This document shows positions 23,392-29,523 of a DNA stretch of 43,489 nucleotides, in pieces. The position numbers and the translations under genes are program-made. Position 1 is the first letter of the stretch. Each line of letters begins with the position of its first letter. Under the pieces are notes generated by a model. It did no database searches. It saw only the letters and a list, made by a program, of their open reading frames with translations, and was not told the DNA's origin. This DNA is from a virus. Location of the stretch: positions 1-43,489 of the IMG/VR virus record IMGVR_UViG_3300045988_050672; one strand, 5' to 3'.

Positions 23392-23420
23392 AATATACAC
23401 TAGATATATTTGATTGTCAA
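23392..23420 (-). promoter_or_regulatory. Promoter P1 (TTGACA-17-TATATT) for the HTH operon
   Basis: -35 at 23415..23420 and -10 at 23392..23397 on the minus strand. The sequence CCTATTGACAATCAAATATATCTAGTGTATATT is about 85 percent identical to P2. Confidence 0.65.
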
Positions 23421-23531
23421 TAGGATTGCCAAAATAAAATTGGTGATGTGACGACCGGAGGGAGCTTTTATATAGTTGGTTCTTGCCTTTTTGTTTTTCG
23501 CGCGATTTTTGAAATGTTGATTTTGTGCAGC

Positions 23532-23568
23532 ATAAAAAATAAGAGAACCCCCGCAAAGGATGGCTCTC
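23532..23568 (-). terminator. Minus-strand-specific intrinsic terminator
   Basis: GAGAGCC-ATCCTTTGCGGG-GGTTCTC followed by TTATTTTTTAT. The stem has a G-U pair on the minus strand that becomes an A-C mismatch on the plus strand. Confidence 0.7.
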
Positions 23569-23574
23569 ATTAAG

Positions 23575-23603
23575 TTGACATTATTCGACAATCTGTGTAT
23601 AAT
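23575..23603 (+). promoter_or_regulatory. Promoter P3, perfect TTGACA-17-TATAAT
   Basis: -35 at 23575..23580, -10 at 23598..23603. Fires rightward into an ORF-free structured region. Confidence 0.65.
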
Positions 23604-23609
23604 AAATTC

Positions 23610-24003
23610 CGTGGAACCCACCGTCCGCGTCGAGTTTCCTGGCTTGCCATAGCCTATCTCCTTTGTAGACGGTGTACGGTTAAAAAGACGGTTGCCTGTC
23701 ATCCCGCGAGTGCGGAATGGAGGCGTGTGTATAGCCCTCGCGGGAAATTTATTTCTCATGGAGGTGACCATACATAACTCTTCAAGATGTTTTCTGGATT
23801 GTGTCTATCTGCTGGATTCTCGTCCAAGCGTGGGACAAGTTCCATAACAGAAAGAAGTGAGCCGTCTGTTCACAGCAGAACGGCTCACGGTTGTTTGAGC
23901 GCTAAGCTCTCGACCTACTAACTTGTATGCTCGTGGCAACCGTCTGGGTTCCCACCGCAGGGGACATCTGTTACCAGCAGGTGTTCCCTGTGTTATTATT
24001 ATA
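23610..24003 (+). ncRNA. Candidate ~390-nt structured RNA (plus strand, P3 to terminator)
   Basis: No SD-linked ORF. Long-range helices 23613..23620/23945..23952 (8 bp) and 23686..23696/23935..23945 (11 bp). Local helices 23703..23710/23737..23744 and 23857..23888. Confidence 0.45.
23958..24003 (+). terminator. Plus-strand-specific terminator-like hairpin
   Basis: 13-bp stem CAGGGGACATCTG/CAGGTGTTCCCTG with two G-U pairs that become C-A mismatches on the minus strand. Followed by TGTTATTATTAT. Confidence 0.5.
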
Positions 24004-24026
24004 GACCTTTACAGAAGCGTTGTCAA
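23998..24026 (-). promoter_or_regulatory. Promoter P4, perfect TTGACA-17-TATAAT
   Basis: -35 at 24021..24026 and -10 at 23998..24003 on the minus strand. Faces P3 across about 390 bp. Confidence 0.65.
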
Positions 24027-24076
24027 ATAATTTTTTAATAACTTTTTTAGATTTTTCCCACATTCCCAATCTTTCA

Positions 24077-24107
24077 AGACTTCCGTTTGGAGGTCTTTTT
24101 TCTTTTT
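24077..24107 (+). terminator. Plus-strand intrinsic terminator
   Basis: AGACTTCC-GTTT-GGAGGTCT (one U-G pair) followed by TTTTTTCTTTTT. Confidence 0.7.
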
Positions 24108-24560
24108 CGGGATTTTTCGAGAAGGGAAGGAAGCCTTTTGGGCTGAAATCTATTTGGGGGGCTTACCGCGCGGAAATGCCCGGGCGCATATCCCCCGCCC
24201 CCGGTGCTATCCAGCAGCAGCCGGAACCGCTGGACGGTGCCGGACGGCACAAAATCCATGGAATGCAAGCTGTCCACGCTATGCAAACACATTTTGACCG
24301 TATCGACATGAACGGTAAAGTGAACGCAACAAAATAAATATTTGGTTGCGTTCAAGGCTATAAAAGCATACGCCAAAATGCAATATTTATTGAAAATGTT
24401 CTGATTTCTCCGTGTTTTGCCGTGTTTTCGTGTCCTTGTATCGTGGACCAGGAACATGTACTTATGTTGTAGACATTTCGGCTATTATGTGCGCGTATAA
24501 AACACTGTAAAAATCAAACTTCCCACGCGAAAAGAAACTAAATAAATTTGTATTTCCCTA

Positions 24561-24589
24561 TTGACAACCAAATGTATTTGGTGTATAAT
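24561..24589 (+). promoter_or_regulatory. Promoter P2 (TTGACA-17-TATAAT) with a palindromic spacer operator
   Basis: -35 at 24561..24566, -10 at 24584..24589. The spacer holds the inverted repeat ACCAAAT-GT-ATTTGGT (24567..24582). Near-copy of P1. Confidence 0.7.
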
Positions 24590-24707
24590 GTCCACGTAAA
24601 CAAAAAAGCGCCCCCGAAGCCGTAGCAAGCAAGCCGGGAGCGCACCACACAAGGGGGCACCGCTATTATAGCACGGCCTCCGCAGAATTACAAGGAGGAA
24701 TATTATA

Positions 24708-25343
24708 ATGATTATCAACAGGAAGAACTATCTATTACTAGAAAAGCGCGGCTGCAATTTTAATGGCGGCGTCCCGGTCACCACTAAAAGCGACGTTGGA
24801 AATTATCGTGTATGCACGACGGGCGAGACGATCCCCGGCAAAGACGGCCGGACTTATTTCCTTGAATTCTCCCTTTGGCAGAACCGCAGCCAGCCGCGCT
24901 ATACCAATAAGCGAACCGGCGCACCGCTGAAACACCCCGTGCGAGAGATCATCAACCCCATTGGACTACACATCGACACGCAATACACCGACGAAAGCGG
25001 CCAATCTTGGCGCAATCTCAACTTGGAACAGCGCATCCACAAACAGAACCCCAGTTACACCACATCAGAGATCCTTTCCATTGCAAACGAGATCAGCGCG
25101 GAACACTACGACGGCATTAAATGGGTTTGTTCTTTCCGCGAGACCGTCGAGCATGGCGCGAACTTTACGCCGGCAGCCCTGATTTCCACCTATGCGAAAA
25201 GAAACCGCATGGAAATAGGCTCCCGGTTCGGGACTCTCTGTCTCAGGCTTTACACCGGGACATATAAATATCTGGCCTACGATGTCCGCAGCTTTTGCAG
25301 CCGCGATAATGTAACCGTGATTCTTGAGGAGGTGGAAGCATGA
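24708..25343 (+). CDS. Hypothetical protein, 211 aa
   Basis: ATG with AAGGAGGAA SD. Globular-looking composition. No family recognised with confidence. Confidence 0.65.
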   Translation: MIINRKNYLLLEKRGCNFNGGVPVTTKSDVGNYRVCTTGETIPGKDGRTYFLEFSLWQNRSQPRYTNKRTGAPLKHPVREIINPIGLHIDTQYTDESGQSWRNLNLEQRIHKQNPSYTTSEILSIANEISAEHYDGIKWVCSFRETVEHGANFTPAALISTYAKRNRMEIGSRFGTLCLRLYTGTYKYLAYDVRSFCSRDNVTVILEEVEA

Positions 25344-25606
25344 ACATTAACGCAATCATGGCCGAACTAGCCCAGTATATCCGGATGCAGGAGGAAGCCG
25401 CCGCAATGGTGGAGAGCCTGAAAGACCAGCTGAAAGCCCAGATGCAGGCCGCAGGCGTGGACACGCTGGCCGGGGACGAACACAAGGCCACTTATAAGGC
25501 TGTCACAAGTTGCCGAGTGGACACGACCGCCCTAAAAAAAGACCTGCCGGAAATCGCCGCCCGGTACACAAAAACAGCGGAAACCCGTAGATTTACATTT
25601 GCATAA
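25340..25606 (+). CDS. Hypothetical coiled-coil protein, 88 aa
   Basis: ATGA overlap with the upstream gene. N-terminal amphipathic helix, then HKATYKAVTSCRVDTTALKKDLPEIAARYTKTAETRRFTF. Confidence 0.6.
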   Translation: MNINAIMAELAQYIRMQEEAAAMVESLKDQLKAQMQAAGVDTLAGDEHKATYKAVTSCRVDTTALKKDLPEIAARYTKTAETRRFTFA

Positions 25607-25618
25607 GGAGGTAAAACC

Positions 25619-25774
25619 ATGAAAACATACATTTTTACAGCAAGCAAAACCGGGGAAAACGTGGATTTTGAAGCAACAATTCAGGCAAAAGCGGGGCCCG
25701 ACTTTTGGGACTGCTACGAGTTGGCAGCCTCCCGCGGGTGCGAGTTCTGGACTTGTGAGGAGGTCGGCGCGTGA
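25619..25774 (+). CDS. Small ORF, 51 aa (below the ORF-track cutoff)
   Basis: MKTYIFTASKTGENVDFEATIQAKAGPDFWDCYELAASRGCEFWTCEEVGA. AAGGAGG SD 8 nt upstream. Confidence 0.5.
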   Translation: MKTYIFTASKTGENVDFEATIQAKAGPDFWDCYELAASRGCEFWTCEEVGA

Positions 25775-25839
25775 TTATCCTTGCAATTCTGTTTTTCCCG
25801 CTGCTTGTGCTTGCGGAGCTGCTGAAAATCAGCAAATAA
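25771..25839 (+). CDS. Hydrophobic micropeptide B, 22 aa
   Basis: (GTG)IILAILFFPLLVLAELLKISK. GTGA overlap with the upstream stop and GAGGAGG 7 nt upstream. Paralogue of 22222..22287. Confidence 0.55.
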   Translation: MIILAILFFPLLVLAELLKISK

Positions 25840-25847
25840 TATTTCAA

Positions 25848-25882
25848 GCCGTCCGGGCATTGTCCGGGCGGCTTTCTTTGTT
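25848..25882 (+). terminator. Intrinsic terminator of the plus-strand island operon
   Basis: 11-bp stem GCCGTCCGGGC/GTCCGGGCGGC (two wobble pairs) followed by TTTCTTTGTT. Confidence 0.7.
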
Positions 25883-26321
25883 CTGCGGCGCTGGCATCTA
25901 TTGTCGGCTTTCTCTTTGCCCTGCCAACGTGGCGGGGCTTTTCTCTTGCTATGCCCTGTAAGGCGCTCAGCGGCTTTTTAAGCGGCTTTTATTCCGGCAA
26001 TATAAATTAACGTCAAGCATCGTTCCCGCCTTAAAATGGGCACGCATGGACGCCACGAAATGCCGCACGGCGTTTTATGCAGCGTGTGGGGCGCTCAGCG
26101 CCCGCCATTGTGCCTATTCCTGTGCCGGATATGCCAGGATGCCCCCGCAGCTTTTCGCCCGTCTGGTCGCTTTCTGCGCCCTCCGGCGTTCTGCCCTCTG
26201 CGACGGAACAGGGGCGCCACCCCACGGCCCGCCAGAGGCAGCCCAGATCCCGATCAGATTTCCCGCCATGTTTTTGCGTCATGGCTGAAAATCCCCGCAA
26301 GGCTCCCAGCTCGTGAGCCAT

Positions 26322-26447
26322 AGTCGCAAAGTCGCAGCCGAAAATTCCCGTTTCATAGTCGCAGAAAGTCGCCCCGAAAGTCGCAAGACCTCCGGGGCGT
26401 TTTTATAGTCGCTATAGTCGCTGGGTCAAAGTCGCTGTTATAGTTGC
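26322..26447 (+). repeat. Same-orientation array of nine AGTCGC motifs (mostly ATAGTCGC or AAAGTCGC)
   Basis: Motif starts at 26322, 26330, 26357, 26367, 26379, 26407, 26416, 26430 and 26442 (last one AGTTGC). Further exact copies at 26558, 26683 and 26916, inside the two upstream genes. Confidence 0.9.
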
Positions 26448-26656
26448 TCGAGCTTCCGACCGCACACTGGGCAAAAATTCCAAGTCACCGTCATTTGCCG
26501 CCCGCTATGGGCAACCACGGAGAATGTTTCCGGTTTGTTCACACACTCTCTGCAAAAGTCGCAGGCGGGTTTCCTAGCGCCACCCTCCATCAGCATCCGG
26601 ATTTGGGCAACCTCTGTGCACATTCGTTCGATGGCGTATTCCGTCTTTTCTCTCAT
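26438..26656 (-). CDS. Small zinc-ribbon protein, 72 aa
   Basis: CDFCREC ... CPVCG pairs. ATGA overlap with the terS stop. Confidence 0.6.
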   Translation of the reverse strand: MREKTEYAIERMCTEVAQIRMLMEGGARKPACDFCRECVNKPETFSVVAHSGRQMTVTWNFCPVCGRKLEQL

Positions 26657-27201
26657 TCCGTTCCACCCTCCGCATCAATGATAGTCGCACCGCTACCGCG
26701 AACATCTTCCAGATACTTCTGCCGCAGCTTCTCCGGGTCTGCCCGCTCTCCAAGCGGATTATCCGGCTTTAAGACCACTTCCTGCTGGTCGGTGTAGTTC
26801 ATATTGTTTTTCATCAAAAAAATTCCGGCAACGGGGTTAATCTTGCCATTTTGCATGAAATCCTCCATCTGAGCGTTGATTAAATCCCTCGCTTTTTTGA
26901 TAGTGTCACGCACAGAGTCGCTTAAATCCCTGCTTCTAGGCTGATTATTGCACCATCTCCACATGGTCATTCTGTCCACACCGAAAGCTAAAGCGAATCC
27001 TGCGAAAGTCGGCTTCATATCGTTCTCAGCGCACAGGCTGAAATAGTCGAAGCACCGTTTCTGTACCGCCTCCAAGCTGTCCATGTCCGGCTTGTCCCAC
27101 TTCATGATAGTCATGGAATGGTTAATGTACTTGGTGTTGTCTCCTGGTTCCAGATCAGGAACTTGATAAGGCTTCTTTTTGAGTTTATTGCTTTCCGCCA
27201 A
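26653..27201 (-). CDS. terS: Terminase small subunit, 182 aa
   Basis: KPTFAGFALAFGVDRMTMWRWCN HTH-type segment typical of terS. TTG start with GGAGGA 7 nt upstream. First gene after an AT-rich gap. Confidence 0.7.
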   Translation of the reverse strand: MAESNKLKKKPYQVPDLEPGDNTKYINHSMTIMKWDKPDMDSLEAVQKRCFDYFSLCAENDMKPTFAGFALAFGVDRMTMWRWCNNQPRSRDLSDSVRDTIKKARDLINAQMEDFMQNGKINPVAGIFLMKNNMNYTDQQEVVLKPDNPLGERADPEKLRQKYLEDVRGSGATIIDAEGGTE

Positions 27202-27308
27202 AGTCGTTGTCCTCCTTTACTATCTTAGTAGATTTACTTATATTCTTTACCATAACACATACACACTACAAGATATAAGATTATATTATATACTATACAG
27301 GGATAAAG
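27202..27308 (-). promoter_or_regulatory. AT-rich intergenic region; candidate late promoter upstream of terS
   Basis: About 75 percent A+T with several TATAAT-like hexamers (for example 27285..27290 on the minus strand). No good -35, so a phage-specific activator may be needed. Confidence 0.3.
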
Positions 27309-27491
27309 CTATAATATTAAATTCCGTCTCCTGTTTTTCGTTTTCTTTCTCCTTTCGGTGCAATCCTTCCCAGGCGGGCAAGGCCGCTTTTCCCCGCTGA
27401 CGAATATGTAATTACAGCACCGGCTGCCTTCGTAGTATCCGAAAAAATACCGGCACCCGATGCAGTACTTCCTGCCGTCCTTGTACTCCAT
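27309..27491 (-). CDS. Small Cys-rich protein, 60 aa
   Basis: MEYKDGRKYCIGCRYFFGYYEGSRCCNYIFVSGEKRPCPPGKDC... followed by a basic tail. Confidence 0.55.
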   Translation of the reverse strand: MEYKDGRKYCIGCRYFFGYYEGSRCCNYIFVSGEKRPCPPGKDCTERRKKTKNRRRNLIL

Positions 27492-27499
27492 GTTGCCCC

Positions 27500-27901
27500 C
27501 TAGAGAACAGGAAAACTCCCAATCCCGTCGAGCATCCCGGTTTCTTGGCATACCCTAAGCAGTTTTGTCTGCGCCGTCATCCGAATTTCAGCCGGTGCCC
27601 GTTCCGTTGCCGTGTGCAAGACGGAAATACACTCAATCCCCTTTCCCTTGTCCACAGACAGCACATAGAACGTCGCAGATACCGCAGAGGCGAACCACTC
27701 CGGGACGTTGCCGTAGGCGTATTTTGCAAACATCCTCCGGAGAATCTTTTCCGGGTCAGATTCTTCCTGCTCGATGGCGGTTATCTCCCATTTCCCGGAC
27801 TTGGCGACCTCTTTCACTGTTTCGGTCAATTTTTTTGCAAGCATCTCGCGTGCAGTCTTCATAAGTAACGCATCATCAAATTTGAAATTCTGTTCTGCCA
27901 T
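27500..27901 (-). CDS. Hypothetical protein, 133 aa
   Basis: ATG at 27901. No family recognised. Occupies the slot near terS where late activators often sit (position only). Confidence 0.55.
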   Translation of the reverse strand: MAEQNFKFDDALLMKTAREMLAKKLTETVKEVAKSGKWEITAIEQEESDPEKILRRMFAKYAYGNVPEWFASAVSATFYVLSVDKGKGIECISVLHTATERAPAEIRMTAQTKLLRVCQETGMLDGIGSFPVL

Positions 27902-28086
27902 TATTCATGTACCTCCAATTCCTTATTTTTCCTGTCTCTGTCATATTTCAGAGCTTTCAGAAGTTCTTCCCGATTCACCCGGATACCAATTTTTATAATC
28001 GCCTGTACTACGGCATCTCCGATAGCATCCTGGAAGTCGCTTAAATTCAAGCTGGCAGGTGGGGTGTAGCCGTTAAGTTCTTCCAT
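27901..28086 (-). CDS. Hypothetical protein, 61 aa
   Basis: ATG at 28086, 6-7 nt downstream of AAAGGTGG. Confidence 0.5.
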   Translation of the reverse strand: MEELNGYTPPASLNLSDFQDAIGDAVVQAIIKIGIRVNREELLKALKYDRDRKNKELEVHE

Positions 28087-28474
28087 TTTCATCCACCTTT
28101 CGCTCCCCATAACTGCAAAAATCATTGCCGTCTACCTCATTTGGGGACATGCCCTGCTCATATTGCCAATGATAGCAATACCCAAATGGTGTTCCTCCAT
28201 TGTTGGTGGGGTGCTTGCCTATTTCCTCAAATGTAATGCAGTCCCGGCACCTGACAACCGGCACCATGGATTTCATTTTTTCTTTCGCGTCCAGCAGTTG
28301 GGCGTTGCGCGAAATCAGCTGCTTCTGCACACACGTAAACTCTGCGAGTGATACAGCTCGCACGGTGGGCATGCTATCGACCGAGCAAAGCGCCACATCC
28401 TCATTAAAATTAGGTATAACGCCAGAAATTTTTATAATCTCAGTTGTAAGTAAATCAGCATCAATCAGCCTCAT
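28073..28474 (-). CDS. Hypothetical Cys-containing early protein, 133 aa
   Basis: MRLIDADLL... N-terminus and VVRCRDC motif. GGAAGGAG SD. Confidence 0.55.
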   Translation of the reverse strand: MRLIDADLLTTEIIKISGVIPNFNEDVALCSVDSMPTVRAVSLAEFTCVQKQLISRNAQLLDAKEKMKSMVPVVRCRDCITFEEIGKHPTNNGGTPFGYCYHWQYEQGMSPNEVDGNDFCSYGERKVDENGRT

Positions 28475-28625
28475 AAAAATTCTCCTTCCTCGGCATCTCT
28501 TTCAGCCAGCGTCTGACGGCAAAGAACCGAATGCGTGACGGCTGATTCTTCGCCCACCGCTCAATAGCGGCGGCGTAAGCAATTCTAGCATTAAGGCGCT
28601 GGCGGTGTTCTTGCCTTTCACTCAT
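28461..28625 (-). CDS. Small basic ORF, 54 aa (below the ORF-track cutoff)
   Basis: MSERQEHRQRLNARIAYAAAIERWAKNQPSRIRFFAVRRWLKEMPRKENFYEAD. GGAGG SD. Overlaps both neighbouring genes. Confidence 0.45.
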   Translation of the reverse strand: MSERQEHRQRLNARIAYAAAIERWAKNQPSRIRFFAVRRWLKEMPRKENFYEAD

Positions 28626-28800
28626 TTCCAATACCTCCATTTTTCGTAAGATATTTAATTTCTTCTTGCACCAGCGTTCGGTTGCTCATGATAATATGTG
28701 ATTTTGTAACCCTGTTGGGGCAAGCCACGCACTCGCACTTGTAGGGGTTGCTGCTCCAATTATCCCGGAAAGGGCAACTGGAGTTGAAACAGTCTGTCAC
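28618..28800 (-). CDS. Small Cys-rich protein, 60 aa
   Basis: GTG start overlapping the upstream TGA. Six Cys in CFNSSCPF...CECVACPN. Confidence 0.5.
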   Translation of the reverse strand: MTDCFNSSCPFRDNWSSNPYKCECVACPNRVTKSHIIMSNRTLVQEEIKYLTKNGGIGNE

Positions 28801-29192
28801 TCTCCATCGCCTCCCTTCGGTGGCGCAGGCATTGGCCTCCAGCGCGTAATTTCTCCCGGCTCTCGCTTAAAGTTCCCTGCTACCCACGTTCCATCATCGG
28901 ATATGTAGCCTTCTCGCACTATCGGGAATGGCTCTTCACCGGGCATTTCAACCAGAACGGATGCGAAGGCATCAGGTAATTTCTCACTGCGCGGAATCCA
29001 TCGCTCCGTTTTTACTTCCTCCGGCGAAAGCCCCGTATCCTCATATTGTGCAAGGCGAGTATAGAGTTTCTGCACGATGCAGCCATTTCGGCACCCACCC
29101 GGCTTATTGCTGGGGCGTATGCAATAGTTATCCTGCCCGCAGCATTCCCACGGATCAAGATTTTGCCAGTGTTCAACCGTCAATCGTTTCAT
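28797..29192 (-). CDS. DUF551-like protein, 131 aa
   Basis: ERWIPRSEKLPD...VLVE...W..RWRPMPAPPK pattern. Cys-rich N-terminal half. Confidence 0.55.
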   Translation of the reverse strand: MKRLTVEHWQNLDPWECCGQDNYCIRPSNKPGGCRNGCIVQKLYTRLAQYEDTGLSPEEVKTERWIPRSEKLPDAFASVLVEMPGEEPFPIVREGYISDDGTWVAGNFKREPGEITRWRPMPAPPKGGDGE

Positions 29193-29523
29193 CGTTTTCC
29201 TCCTTCGGCGGTTCAGGAAGCGGCATCCAAGCCAAAACCTTCGCTTTCTGTCCCTGCGCTACCTCGCCGCCCCATCTACCGTTACAGTAATAGCCGATAC
29301 CGCAAGTTTGGTACATCGCATTGTAGGAGCCATAACGGAAGTATTCGTACCAGCACAGATAACTCCTAATTTTGTCCTCCGGCAGTCTCTCGCTGACCGG
29401 AATCCACCTTGTCCGCTTCAACGCCTCCATGCCCATCCGGCAGGCTTCGTTTACCTCGTCCATTCCGTCATAATGCTCCCGGTGTTCCGGGTTCAGGATT
29501 TCAATTGCTCGGTCAATTGTCAT
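29173..29523 (-). CDS. DUF551-like protein, 116 aa (paralogue of 28797..29192)
   Basis: RWIPVSERLPED ... AWMPLPEPPKE. ATG at 29523 with GGAGGAG. Confidence 0.55.
   Translation of the reverse strand: MTIDRAIEILNPEHREHYDGMDEVNEACRMGMEALKRTRWIPVSERLPEDKIRSYLCWYEYFRYGSYNAMYQTCGIGYYCNGRWGGEVAQGQKAKVLAWMPLPEPPKEENDETIDG

Larger units (their letters stand above)
23532..23991 (-). ncRNA. Candidate ~455-nt antisense RNA (minus strand, P4 to terminator)
   Basis: Starts about 7 nt downstream of the P4 -10 and ends at the U-tract at 23532..23542. Fully complementary to the plus-strand candidate over about 380 nt. Carries a 26-codon ORF with an AAAGGAG SD near its 3' end (23570..23650). Confidence 0.45.

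Noticed and set aside
23400-23771. 123-aa minus-strand ORF, and the ORFs at 24020..24337, 24074..24457 and 24485..24718, in the island non-coding region.
   Set aside because: They have no SD, run straight through predicted promoters and terminators, and have basic low-complexity composition. I treat the region as non-coding.
23857-23888. Hairpin GUGAGCCGU...ACGGCUCAC resembling group II intron domain V (AGC triad, 3' bulge).
   Set aside because: The upper helix and loop do not fit the 34-nt domain V consensus. There is no 5' GUGYG at a suitable distance, the locus is too short for domains I-IV, and there is no reverse transcriptase/maturase ORF.
23613-23952. Retron-like msr/msd idea, based on the terminal inverted repeats GGAACCCA/TGGGTTCC.
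   Set aside because: There is no reverse transcriptase (no YxDD-containing ORF) anywhere in the window.
26031-26323. Five mutually overlapping ORFs (79-96 aa) on both strands.
   Set aside because: All give Pro/Arg/Ala/Gly-rich sequence with no SD or sensible start context. The simultaneous openness of several frames points to GC-rich non-coding DNA.
26322-26447. CRISPR array or DGR template/variable repeat as an explanation for the repeats.
   Set aside because: The units are only 6-8 nt with irregular 8-28 nt spacing. There are no cas genes, no reverse transcriptase and no long repeat pair.
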